IMG/VR virus record: IMGVR_UViG_3300044634_000818
Location: 1-39,626 of that record
Direction: 5' to 3' (one strand)
DNA from: a virus
Lineage: Duplodnaviria; Caudoviricetes
DNA length: 39,626 nucleotides
A program made the position numbers and the translations under genes. This document shows positions 15,735 to 25,220 of the stretch, piece by piece; positions within the stretch are counted from its first letter, which is position 1; every line of letters starts with the position of its first letter. A model generated the notes under the pieces. It did no database searches. It was given only the letters and a program-made list of their open reading frames with translations, and was not told the origin of the DNA.

Positions 15735-17556
15735 AGGCGACTGATTCGTTAAAGTTAACTGTGTCATCTGCTTCTTTAATTTTAGTAATATCAATCTCTT
15801 TAAGTTCACTAATAAGTGAATTATATTTCTCTTCAGATATGTCCTCAAATGGAGCTTGCTGATATGTTCCACCCCAATAAGGTAGTACAGATAGTCCATT
15901 ATAGAATTCACGATTCTCCCACATCCAATCACCTACAATTTCCCATTCACCTTCTTTGATAGAGATGGTAGCACTTACGTTGTGAGTGTTATCACCATGT
16001 ACATGTCCTGCATTAATCCAATCAGTAGAGAAATGTTTAACACGCTCTAGTGTATCGATAGCTGTCTCAGTACGAAGAATAGAATTCTCTGGTGCCTTCA
16101 CTGGAATACGTACACACACTGTATCTGCAGGGCGTAATACATCATCTTCTACTAGCTCAGGATGATTAGTCATTAGGTATTGTGCAATGTCTTCATTTTT
16201 ATTGAAACGCATTGTACGTAAATAGTAATCATTGTGCCAAGCATGAATACCTGATGCTGTTCCTAACACTAATGATGTAGTTCCTGAAGGTTTGACACAA
16301 CTAATACGAGCTGCCTCATTAATTCCTGTTTTCTCAGAAATCATTTGGTTAACCTTCTTAGCAATGTGTGCTGCCATCTTTAAGTCATACTTCATGATTT
16401 CACCAGATCCAATACCAGTCATACCAATACCTAGTAAGGCATCGTGCTGAGTTGTTTTAGCCCAGATAGGACGAAGGTAATGGAAGTCAGTAAATCCTGC
16501 TTGTAATGTACCAAAGAACGCAGCTGCACCTACACGATTATTAAGGTCATACTGATCTTCTATGTCACTTACATTTACTTCACAAAGATTACAGAATTGG
16601 TAAGGGCGTAAAGCAATCTCACAACATGGGTTAGTTCCCCAGTCTTGGTTGTTACTCCAGTACAATCCTGGTTCTCCTGATCCTGATGCTTCTACACGTT
16701 TCCATAGAGCAAAGAACTCTTCTTTACTCACTTCACCACGTTTCAATACAGCTGAGTTGTTAGCACGTCCACGCTGCTCGTTAGTCTCCCACCAGTTACC
16801 ATACTTACATGTAATCATTTCTTCGTCATCATGATCAAACAAAGAAATCATTGCACTACGACGAATACCACCTGCAAGTACAGAGTTGGCGATGTGACAT
16901 AAGATATCATGACACTCTAGAGAAGATAATGTTTCACCTGGCTGCTTTCTATCAAGGATAGCTTGTACGTGTGCTAAGCATAACTTCAATGGCTCTGGTC
17001 CTGGTGCTTTACCACCTGCTGTAACTAGACGTGCACCTTTCTCACGAATTGCACGAAAGTCAAACTTTGGTAAGAAAGATCCTTCAAGATAAGCTTTCAT
17101 TAACACCTTCACTGCATCAGCCCAGCCCATAATACTATCCTCGATGAGGTATGTACGAGCTTTACCTGGTTTAGTGATGTCTGGTAGTTCACTAACATGA
17201 TGGCGTTGTACACTATATCCTACACCTGTACCACCTAGTAATAAGAACATAGACTCTGAGAAGCTATGTAAGCTATCGATAGGTAAGTAACAACAATTGT
17301 AGATACGAGCGTTGTTAACTTCAGCTGCAGGACCTGCAAACTGTAATGCTCTCATAGAAGGCAAGACTTTCTTGTCTCTGATCATTGGAATAGACTCCTT
17401 GATTGACTCCTCTAAATAAGGATACTTCTTGATCATCATAGCCTCATAACGACCAATGATCTCATCCCACGTTTCTCTTCTGTTTAGCTCAGGGATGTAC
17501 TTGGCGTACTTGCTAAACACTGTAATTTTACTCAAGGCTTCTAGTCCTAAATCCAT
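15706..17556 (-). CDS. nrdJ: Class II (adenosylcobalamin-dependent) ribonucleotide reductase
   Basis: YNCC, GGTGVG, GGIRRSA, NPCCEI, CNL, KPSGT, C-terminal CGGGAC; no nrdB nearby. Confidence 0.9.
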   Translation of the reverse strand: MDLGLEALSKITVFSKYAKYIPELNRRETWDEIIGRYEAMMIKKYPYLEESIKESIPMIRDKKVLPSMRALQFAGPAAEVNNARIYNCCYLPIDSLHSFSESMFLLLGGTGVGYSVQRHHVSELPDITKPGKARTYLIEDSIMGWADAVKVLMKAYLEGSFLPKFDFRAIREKGARLVTAGGKAPGPEPLKLCLAHVQAILDRKQPGETLSSLECHDILCHIANSVLAGGIRRSAMISLFDHDDEEMITCKYGNWWETNEQRGRANNSAVLKRGEVSKEEFFALWKRVEASGSGEPGLYWSNNQDWGTNPCCEIALRPYQFCNLCEVNVSDIEDQYDLNNRVGAAAFFGTLQAGFTDFHYLRPIWAKTTQHDALLGIGMTGIGSGEIMKYDLKMAAHIAKKVNQMISEKTGINEAARISCVKPSGTTSLVLGTASGIHAWHNDYYLRTMRFNKNEDIAQYLMTNHPELVEDDVLRPADTVCVRIPVKAPENSILRTETAIDTLERVKHFSTDWINAGHVHGDNTHNVSATISIKEGEWEIVGDWMWENREFYNGLSVLPYWGGTYQQAPFEDISEEKYNSLISELKEIDITKIKEADDTVNFNESVACGGGACELV

Positions 17557-17580
17557 ATGTTTAATTATTTATGTATGTTT

Positions 17581-17618
17581 AAAAAATAAGGGCTACAAAT
17601 GTAACTTTGTAACCCTTA
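17581..17618 (-). promoter_or_regulatory. Terminator-like hairpin overlapping a TAnnTTTG promoter element upstream of nrdJ
   Basis: TAAGGGCTACAAA / TTTGTAACCCTTA inverted repeat, T6 on the minus strand, TACATTTG at 17596-17603 (minus). Confidence 0.55.
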
Positions 17619-17645
17619 CCAAACAACCACTTTTGAAAATTAACT

Positions 17646-18050
17646 TTAACTATTTTCCTTATCACTAACTGATTTAGTTAACATAGATTCAAGCTGTTTA
17701 ATGGCTGTTTCTACAGCATTTTTATCAGCATCTTTTCTATTTTTATACGTCTCACTTGAGCCACTAGTAGCTACATCAGTCATTATAGAATATGTGAATT
17801 CTAATGTGTCAGGAGAACTTGTAATATTGATATACAAGTTATGATCATCAAAGAACTCGAATAGGTTTCTAGGATTACCATCGATGATTGCAGCGATCTT
17901 TTCGTTATCCATACCTTGTTCTCTAATGAACTCTTTGAAGTCTTCAGGTAAACTTTCGTTATTTAAAGATTCAATCATTACATCCAAGTAGTAGCTAGCA
18001 ATTAGCTTTGCGATATTTGGATTCTGGTCCAGTAATTCTAGTCCTTTCAT
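17646..18050 (-). CDS. Hypothetical protein
   Basis: Coupled 134-aa ORF. Confidence 0.75.
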   Translation of the reverse strand: MKGLELLDQNPNIAKLIASYYLDVMIESLNNESLPEDFKEFIREQGMDNEKIAAIIDGNPRNLFEFFDDHNLYINITSSPDTLEFTYSIMTDVATSGSSETYKNRKDADKNAVETAIKQLESMLTKSVSDKENS

Positions 18051-18604
18051 ACTTCTTCTATTTGTTTAATTTTATCTAAATCTAACCTTTCTTCTTCATA
18101 AACGAATCCACGCCAAAGTTCCATGTCTTCTGTAAATTTTACATCTAACTTTTCCTCCCAATATACACGTAGCTCATCGCTTTTGTTGAAGATTCTAAAC
18201 TGTAAAGACATCTCATCTCTACGTAAACCATTTTTCTTAGTTTTAATAACTTTAGGAAAGACGTCTTGAAATTCTTTAGAAGTCTTAGAATACAAGCCTT
18301 CTCTAATCAAAGCAAAATCATTCTTCCATTTATTATTTAACTTATAAACAACAACAACAAATCCATCTTCGTAATCATAATCATCGATGACGTCTTTTGT
18401 GCGTTCATATTCCTTGTCAAGAAACTCTCGAAACTTGTCAAGGTTTCCTGGTTTAAAAAGTAGATAGACAGAGTCTTTATACTGTACGTCTCTTCTTATA
18501 TCTTCTAGATAAGCATTCACAAAAGTATTAGTAACAAAGTCTTCTTTGTCAATTTTGAGAGTGGGCACCATGAAAATACTAGTGATTGTTTTCTTTACTT
18601 CCAT
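18047..18604 (-). CDS. Hypothetical phage protein
   Basis: 185-aa ORF directly after the exonuclease. Confidence 0.75.
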   Translation of the reverse strand: MEVKKTITSIFMVPTLKIDKEDFVTNTFVNAYLEDIRRDVQYKDSVYLLFKPGNLDKFREFLDKEYERTKDVIDDYDYEDGFVVVVYKLNNKWKNDFALIREGLYSKTSKEFQDVFPKVIKTKKNGLRRDEMSLQFRIFNKSDELRVYWEEKLDVKFTEDMELWRGFVYEEERLDLDKIKQIEEV

Positions 18605-19651
18605 TTATTCTTTAATGTTTACAACTCCTCCACTTAAATAATTCTTACGAGACACACTCCATGTATCATTATCAATAGCCCACTTCAGATTATCGATTGT
18701 TTCTAAGACGCCTGGATACTTGTATCCTCTGTGTTCAAAACCATCTCTAGCATTTGTCATGTCTTCTGTATCTAGTGTATAGATGATAGGACTAAAATAG
18801 TTAGTGCTATCACAAACAATAAACTTTGGATATGCTACATAATACCCTTGATCTACCAAGTCTTTAAAATGATAATGTGCTGCATGCCAGTACAAGAATG
18901 CTTGGATGTAAGCTCTACGATAAAGATAATATTCTTTGTAGAAACCTTCAACAGACCATGTGCACTTTAAGTCATACACTTGAATGGTTTTGTTCTCATG
19001 ATCTACAATCACCTTGTCCATCATACTCTTAAATAGATGACCATGCACTGTATAACCTTCTACCTGCAGCTGGTTATGTACATCGTATCTAGATGTCTTA
19101 TCTTGATTGACAATGTACATAGTAGTTGGATTAGTTTGTAATTCTGTCACAATTTTTTCACAATTTGTGACATCATTGATACTAACAACTGTCATACCTT
19201 TGCTTCTAACAAGCATAATCTCATCAAAATACGCCTCTGCGTCAGAGTCTATGAATTTCTTCATAACAGCTTCATAAGTAATCTTGAACCCTGAATCTTT
19301 GTAGGCGTCTTGAGCTATCTCAGCAAACTCACGAGTGATTTCTCCAGTTTCGTTGGTAGCTTCTTTCATGTTCTTGTATAAAGCTTCCACAAAATCAAGC
19401 ATCAACCCTGTTGGTATACCTTGACATGTAGACAGATAGAACTTCTCATCAAACAAATGTGGTTCCATTAATTTAGTCTCAACCAATCTACCCATGGTTG
19501 CTGCCTTACTGTCATCATCATCTATTTTCTCAGCAAGTACATACTTACGATAATACTTCTTTCTGTCAGATGAAAACTCTTTTAGACTAGAAGAGCTATC
19601 CATTACGATAGCTCTATATGTTGCTTCTGTTTTTGAATTACCTTTAATCAT
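18605..19651 (-). CDS. PD-(D/E)XK exonuclease (RecE/exonuclease VIII-like)
   Basis: SSSSLK, MGRLVE, KSMMDKVIVD...VYDLKCT, YIQAFLY. Confidence 0.8.
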   Translation of the reverse strand: MIKGNSKTEATYRAIVMDSSSSLKEFSSDRKKYYRKYVLAEKIDDDDSKAATMGRLVETKLMEPHLFDEKFYLSTCQGIPTGLMLDFVEALYKNMKEATNETGEITREFAEIAQDAYKDSGFKITYEAVMKKFIDSDAEAYFDEIMLVRSKGMTVVSINDVTNCEKIVTELQTNPTTMYIVNQDKTSRYDVHNQLQVEGYTVHGHLFKSMMDKVIVDHENKTIQVYDLKCTWSVEGFYKEYYLYRRAYIQAFLYWHAAHYHFKDLVDQGYYVAYPKFIVCDSTNYFSPIIYTLDTEDMTNARDGFEHRGYKYPGVLETIDNLKWAIDNDTWSVSRKNYLSGGVVNIKE

Positions 19652-19901
19652 TTTGTTTTTTGTTTTGTGATTCGTAATATGCTTCTACTATTTGGTCATG
19701 CATTCTCCTTACTTCTAAAGGAACACGCTTGAACCACCACCTAACTTCTATTTCGTATTCTCTACCTTGCTCATCTAATCCTCTAGGATTAATAAGCCAG
19801 AAGTTGTGGACCTTACCATTAAACTCTACAGAACCCTCATACCAGATTTCTGTGAATGACGAGTTCTTATTGATGGATACTGTTGCTTGTTTTTCTTCCA
19901 T
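19644..19901 (-). CDS. Hypothetical protein
   Basis: Coupled ORF. Confidence 0.7.
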   Translation of the reverse strand: MEEKQATVSINKNSSFTEIWYEGSVEFNGKVHNFWLINPRGLDEQGREYEIEVRWWFKRVPLEVRRMHDQIVEAYYESQNKKQND

Positions 19902-20191
19902 TATAGTTCGTTTATCTTTTTAGTTGGATTCCACTTATAAGCAAATAATTCATAGCCACGACCTGAGTCTGTTTTACCAATTATTTCGTTTCTTAATTGT
20001 TCTGGTGTTAAGATCATGACGTCATCTTTATGAATGACTTCAAAGTCTTGGCCTAGTTTAACACACTCTCTAACTTCTTTTATACTCAAGTCTGCCCACT
20101 CTATACTAGAGTCTCTTTCTGGCTTGTACAGTTTTTCTAGTCTCTTTCGCATCTTTTTCTGATTTTGTTTTAACATTGTGACATGTCTCAC
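19901..20191 (-). CDS. Hypothetical protein (start may be 20152)
   Basis: Coupled ORF overlapping the end of the HNH gene. Confidence 0.6.
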   Translation of the reverse strand: MRHVTMLKQNQKKMRKRLEKLYKPERDSSIEWADLSIKEVRECVKLGQDFEVIHKDDVMILTPEQLRNEIIGKTDSGRGYELFAYKWNPTKKINEL

Positions 20192-20546
20192 ATAATACCT
20201 GTAGATTATCTACTTCACAAAACAGCCTCTCAATGAAATCAGGCAGGTCTTGTGCAGAATTAAGACTTCCTGCTGGGCAAATATGATCCACATTAATCTT
20301 CTTATCAGGAAACCAATCCTTACATTGATTACACTGATATTCAAACTTCTGTCTCTTCAAAGGTCCTTTGTATGGACGCTTTGCTTTAGCTTTAGCTTCA
20401 GAGATAGGTTTCCACCATCTTGACTTCTGTCTTAGTGCACTCCTGATGAAGGACCAAAACGCTGACTCTGTCAAAGTACCAGAGTTCCTTGTTTTAGGAA
20501 CCCTGGACTTTTTAACTGGTATCTTTTTTACTATTCTCTTAGCCAT
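20106..20546 (-). CDS. HNH endonuclease
   Basis: YQCNQC...VDHICP...NLQVLCETCHNVKT. Confidence 0.85.
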   Translation of the reverse strand: MAKRIVKKIPVKKSRVPKTRNSGTLTESAFWSFIRSALRQKSRWWKPISEAKAKAKRPYKGPLKRQKFEYQCNQCKDWFPDKKINVDHICPAGSLNSAQDLPDFIERLFCEVDNLQVLCETCHNVKTKSEKDAKETRKTVQARKRL

Positions 20547-20559
20547 AATGTGTTATATA

Positions 20560-20587
20560 TGTTACAAATATACATAGAATTGTAACA
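20560..20587 (-). promoter_or_regulatory. TAnnTTTG promoter element inside an inverted repeat
   Basis: TATATTTG at 20565-20572 (minus); TGTTACAA / TTGTAACA arms. Confidence 0.55.
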
Positions 20588-20591
20588 CTTA

Positions 20592-22082
20592 TTACACAAT
20601 AACTACACGACCACCAATAACTTGTTTCATGTCTTCAAGACTAGCTATAATCTTCTCCACAGTTTGAGGATTAATAGTAGGGAAGTTGAAGTTGTACTTC
20701 TTAGCCTCAGCTGCGAATCCTTCTTTAACTTTCTCTGCTAAGTTATCAAGCTCTTGGATAGCATAAGCATCATCAAGTTGCATAGTATCAAAGTCTAGAT
20801 CGTGTAAGATGGTAGTAGCTTCTTCACGTGGTACAGTCATGATTGGTAAATACTCATAACATCTACCTTTGTGCTGACCAATACCTACTACCTTCATAGG
20901 ATTGATTAACACTAACATAGACTGGTCACCACATCCTACATAATGAATCTGATCTGCAGTGAAGTGTAAACCTGCTGCTGCACAATCTTGTGTAGACCAG
21001 TTACACTCTTCCATAGGCATCTTGACAGGAACGCCTACACGAATGTCAAACGTCTTAGTCCAGTCATCAGTAAAACGATTCTCTGCACGATTAGGTAGGT
21101 CAAGATAAAGCTCTGTAAGTGTACCAAGATTTTCTCCATCGTGGTATACATCTTTTATCACTTCACCTTCTCCTTCACAGTTCCAACAAGTTTCAGAATC
21201 ACCATTATAACAATCATTGTATCCTTCAAAATCATCACCTTCCTCAGCAAAGACTGTTCCTGTTCCTTCACAAATACTACATGTTCCTTCTTCTTCATGC
21301 CATAAATCATCAGTGTGTACTAATGTATACTCACCATTTAGTAGGAATACATGATAGTTATCTGGACTCTTCTTCCACACAGCTTTAACCTTATTGTAAC
21401 TGTTACTTACAAAGTGTACAAGCTCTGCACCACCATGCAATGTAACTACGTTACGCAATGCAACAAAGAAACCTTGCTTAGTGATTCTGAAGCTGTTGTC
21501 TTTCAAGAAGCGAAACAACTCATCAGCTACCTCAGCACGTGGGTTCAAGCAACACCACATCCAGAAACGCTTCAAGCCTTCCCAACGCTCATTAACTTCT
21601 TCATTCCAGTCTTCTTGAAACAACATGATAAACTCCTCAATAAGAATCTGAGGCATGCTGCGATCAATACCTATCATGTACAAGGCACCATCACGCTCTT
21701 CAAACTCATCTTCAGCAAAATCCATTAATCTCTTGATACCTTGAGCTAATGCTGTGTTACGCTTAACTTCCTCTTCAAACTTACGTTTCTCTTCTAAACC
21801 TTCTGAAGAACTACAGATGGTAAACAATTCCATTTCAGTCTTTGCATTACGAGCAAATTGAAAATCAGTAAGATTAGCTGGATGTTTACTGATGATATTA
21901 CCATCATTCAAGATGATAGTTAACACATCATTAACAAACTTAATGTTTGAATATGGTTTAGCAAAGACGTTATGCTCTACGCTAAAATCAGATGGAGCTG
22001 TTGTGTCTTTCAACAACAATTCTGCCATCTTTGTGTCTCTTTCGATGAGAGACTTGAAAAACTCTAAACTTGTATTGTTCAT
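20592..22082 (-). CDS. rIIB: rIIB-like protein with an inserted DnaJ-type zinc finger
   Basis: ITKQGFFVALRNV, VKMP...C..GLH, INPMKVV, GRCYEY; downstream of rIIA; CSICEGTG and CWNCEGEG. Confidence 0.75.
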   Translation of the reverse strand: MNNTSLEFFKSLIERDTKMAELLLKDTTAPSDFSVEHNVFAKPYSNIKFVNDVLTIILNDGNIISKHPANLTDFQFARNAKTEMELFTICSSSEGLEEKRKFEEEVKRNTALAQGIKRLMDFAEDEFEERDGALYMIGIDRSMPQILIEEFIMLFQEDWNEEVNERWEGLKRFWMWCCLNPRAEVADELFRFLKDNSFRITKQGFFVALRNVVTLHGGAELVHFVSNSYNKVKAVWKKSPDNYHVFLLNGEYTLVHTDDLWHEEEGTCSICEGTGTVFAEEGDDFEGYNDCYNGDSETCWNCEGEGEVIKDVYHDGENLGTLTELYLDLPNRAENRFTDDWTKTFDIRVGVPVKMPMEECNWSTQDCAAAGLHFTADQIHYVGCGDQSMLVLINPMKVVGIGQHKGRCYEYLPIMTVPREEATTILHDLDFDTMQLDDAYAIQELDNLAEKVKEGFAAEAKKYNFNFPTINPQTVEKIIASLEDMKQVIGGRVVIV

Positions 22083-22098
22083 TTTTGTGATTTTTGTA

Positions 22099-22136
22099 AG
22101 AATGTCCAGTTAATTGTGCAAAAAACTGGACATTCT
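22099..22136. repeat. Perfect 13-bp inverted repeat between rIIA and rIIB
   Basis: AGAATGTCCAGTT-N12-AACTGGACATTCT. Confidence 0.75.
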
Positions 22137-22174
22137 CTTGTTGAAATTGTTATTTAACTAATTAATACTCAGAC

Positions 22175-24493
22175 TCATGCAGCATCTGTTAAGATGTCTA
22201 CCAGCTCCTGATTTACCTTAATGGTGAACCTGTAATTACCCTTAGCCATACGTGTTTTTTTGTAACGACACATATCTATAAGAACTTTCATCAAAGGGTC
22301 TTCACTACCTTTGTAACTACGCATGTGATAACAAATAGTTTCTATAAATGGAAACTTTGTAAGGATCTTGTCTACTTTCAATAACAGTGGATACATTTCT
22401 ACATCATACTTATTGTTTTCTCCAGCAAACTTATCAATATCAAACATTTCGCAAGTCTTAGATACACTGTAATCTACATAATACGTATCCTTAAATTTTA
22501 CTAACTTATCTACATAATATGAAAGATCAGGTAGTACATCACGCATTGCTGGTTTAGAATCAAATGTTGCACCATAAATAGCTTTCATTTTCTTGATGAG
22601 TCTAGCAGTAGCAATACGTCTGAATGGTTTGTTATCACCTTTCAAGAATGTTTCTACGTTCATAAAGTTATGAAGGTTGTACATCTCCAACACTTTAATC
22701 TCTCTATCAGACATAATCACTAAGTCTACATGACCTCTAAACATACCAAATAGATAATCTAATACAGCACGATCAGTTTCCTTACCATACACAGTGAGCT
22801 TCTTTCTTGCATGAAGAGTTTTACCACTTAGTATAATAGGAGTGAACTTAGCATTAGATCCTGTATGACGTTCAGGAATTTCAGCTATCTTACAGTTGAT
22901 ATCGCCTTTCTCTTTTACGCCACCATCCTTAGAAACTTTAGGCTTAGGTTTGTAGTTCTTAGCTTTGTCAGCAATGATCCATGCTTCTGGAATATCAATA
23001 GCGTCAACATCGATGAAGTCTGTAATTACTTTGTGGATACATCCTTGAAACTCTTTGATGATTGATCTCCATTGAACTCTAGGATAGTTGTACAACTTCA
23101 GCAAATCATGATAGCATGACATATCTGTGGTACCTACTAAGTGATTACTCTTACTCCAAGACTTTTCTTTAGAGAACAAAGTAAATGAGATTGTCTTTTT
23201 GACAAACTTAACATCCTTACCAGCATATATTTGTTTAAGATAACGACGTTTTCTGTCACCAAGTATACCTGTAAAGATACCAATCATGTTTCCACGAATC
23301 TGACCAAGTCTTAATTCTTTATCCCAACGACCTTTACACTCACGCATAGTACCTCTATATCGACTGAGCTCATACTTAGCTTCATATTCGTTAAGTAGAA
23401 AGTCTCTAATTTTGTAAAGAGTTTCTGCAGTGAAGTAAGTACATCCTAACAATGTTGGTTTACGTTGCTGAATAGTAGCACGTTTGATAATGTCAGTTAT
23501 CTCAAGATTGTCACCATTGTGGTCCTTGATATATCTAAACTCTGTACTAAAGTGTTCAATAGCTGTACGTACATCATCAGTGTCTACAATAGACTCATTG
23601 TACTTAACCATAAAGTCATTAGCCAGAACACTGATCTTTTTAAGAATGATTTGCTTAGCCTCTTGCGTATATCGTAAAGATTCTCTGTTAGGTGTAGGAA
23701 AGATACCATCTGTCAAAGAGAATCTAAGACCCATCTTCATATCAATACGAGCTATACCAAGCTTATCAAAGTCTAATGGATAATACACATTATCTAAACA
23801 AATATGTAGATGACGATCTGTTGCTATCTCAGAGATTTGATAGTGCTCACTTCTGAAGATATTGAACTGATTATTCATACCTTCTACATCAAAGTATACG
23901 CTCTCAAAGTAAGCTAGCTGCTCTTTGATCTTCATCTTAAACTCAGTTGAATCACTCCACTTAACAGGAATAGTAATCTTAACACCATTAGGTTTATCTG
24001 TTGGTGATTCGTGCAACAAGTCAATAGAATTGACTTCTTCTCCCTCATACATCATATACTTACGCTCTACACCATTCTTACGTGCTGTAAAATAAAAGCT
24101 AGATGCATAAGCTAGTGGAGCTTTGAAGCCCAAGCCCATCATGCCTAATTCTGTGGTAGAATCACGCTTTGTACTCTTACCATACTTACTAATGATGTTC
24201 TCTACATCATATGCATCCAAACCAATACCAAAGTCCTCAACAGAGAACTCATAGTTGTTACTCACCTTGGTGAACTTAACAACAATAGGTGTATTAACAC
24301 CAGCTCTACGATGTGAGTCTAGTGCATTACTAGCACACTCTCGTATCGTAGATCCAATAGAATCTGAATAAAGATTCTTACTCAACATTTGCATTAGGAC
24401 CTGAGCTGAGTCAAGGTCCAATGACATACCAATAGTGCCCTGTGCACTACCTACTTCATGTATTAAAGATTGTGTTTGTTTTTCTAAGATCAT
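22175..24493 (-). CDS. rIIA: rIIA-like protein with an N-terminal GHKL (Hsp90-like) ATPase
   Basis: LYSD...IRECASNALDSH, VEDFGIGL, STKR, GMMGLGFK, PNRESL. Confidence 0.85.
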   Translation of the reverse strand: MILEKQTQSLIHEVGSAQGTIGMSLDLDSAQVLMQMLSKNLYSDSIGSTIRECASNALDSHRRAGVNTPIVVKFTKVSNNYEFSVEDFGIGLDAYDVENIISKYGKSTKRDSTTELGMMGLGFKAPLAYASSFYFTARKNGVERKYMMYEGEEVNSIDLLHESPTDKPNGVKITIPVKWSDSTEFKMKIKEQLAYFESVYFDVEGMNNQFNIFRSEHYQISEIATDRHLHICLDNVYYPLDFDKLGIARIDMKMGLRFSLTDGIFPTPNRESLRYTQEAKQIILKKISVLANDFMVKYNESIVDTDDVRTAIEHFSTEFRYIKDHNGDNLEITDIIKRATIQQRKPTLLGCTYFTAETLYKIRDFLLNEYEAKYELSRYRGTMRECKGRWDKELRLGQIRGNMIGIFTGILGDRKRRYLKQIYAGKDVKFVKKTISFTLFSKEKSWSKSNHLVGTTDMSCYHDLLKLYNYPRVQWRSIIKEFQGCIHKVITDFIDVDAIDIPEAWIIADKAKNYKPKPKVSKDGGVKEKGDINCKIAEIPERHTGSNAKFTPIILSGKTLHARKKLTVYGKETDRAVLDYLFGMFRGHVDLVIMSDREIKVLEMYNLHNFMNVETFLKGDNKPFRRIATARLIKKMKAIYGATFDSKPAMRDVLPDLSYYVDKLVKFKDTYYVDYSVSKTCEMFDIDKFAGENNKYDVEMYPLLLKVDKILTKFPFIETICYHMRSYKGSEDPLMKVLIDMCRYKKTRMAKGNYRFTIKVNQELVDILTDAA

Positions 24494-24503
24494 GATTTCT
24501 AGT

Positions 24504-25220
24504 TTAAATATCTACCTTTTCTAACCAATCAATAGTGTAATTATTAGTCTCTTTGATCAGTGTGTTAATTTTCGTGAATACTCCTTCGCTATCCCAATCT
24601 CCATTCTTATATGAAGCTGAAGCTGGATGGCTAACAACAAATGAGAATGTAAATGGTGATATGTATCTCTTAAGCTTAGCTGCTTCTTTACCAAAGAATA
24701 CAACTGGTATTCCTGTGAATGCGAACGCCTCTTCTAGTAGATATTTCATAAATGGTTCCCATATTTCTAAATGAGAGCCTGCTTTATTAACCTCTGTAGT
24801 GAGAGCAGCATTACACAATAACACGCCTTGCTTTGCAAGGTATGTTAGATCTGGGTTTCTATTTCTATCGAAAGCAAAACCACCATACAGTTCTTTCTCT
24901 ATGCCTTGATAGAGTTGATGTAAGCTAGGCTGTAGCACATTGGTTACAGAGCAACTCATCATCAATCCATCAGCAACAGGTCTATAGTCCATCATTGTAT
25001 GATATGGACACATACCTATAAGAATAACTTTAACGTCTTGGAAGCGTGTTTCTTTAAAACATCTCCATACATTTTCAGATAGAGGAGCAATTTGCTTGCC
25101 CCTCTTACTGTCAGCTTTTAGCTGTGCATAGATTTTATCACACGCTTCACTCTCGATGAATGGCTTCATTTTATAATGCCAACTCTCATCGAACAAATGC
25201 TTAAACTTGTCCCAATTCAT
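24504..25220 (-). CDS. ung: Family 1 uracil-DNA glycosylase homolog with a divergent active site
   Basis: VKVILIGMCPYH, ADGL, PSL, LAKQGVLLCNAALT, GSH, SHPASA. Confidence 0.85.
   Translation of the reverse strand: MNWDKFKHLFDESWHYKMKPFIESEACDKIYAQLKADSKRGKQIAPLSENVWRCFKETRFQDVKVILIGMCPYHTMMDYRPVADGLMMSCSVTNVLQPSLHQLYQGIEKELYGGFAFDRNRNPDLTYLAKQGVLLCNAALTTEVNKAGSHLEIWEPFMKYLLEEAFAFTGIPVVFFGKEAAKLKRYISPFTFSFVVSHPASASYKNGDWDSEGVFTKINTLIKETNNYTIDWLEKVDI

Noticed and set aside
15735-15932. 5' part of ORF 15615..15932
   Set aside because: It overlaps nrdJ out of frame; only the Cys-cluster 3' part looks like a protein.
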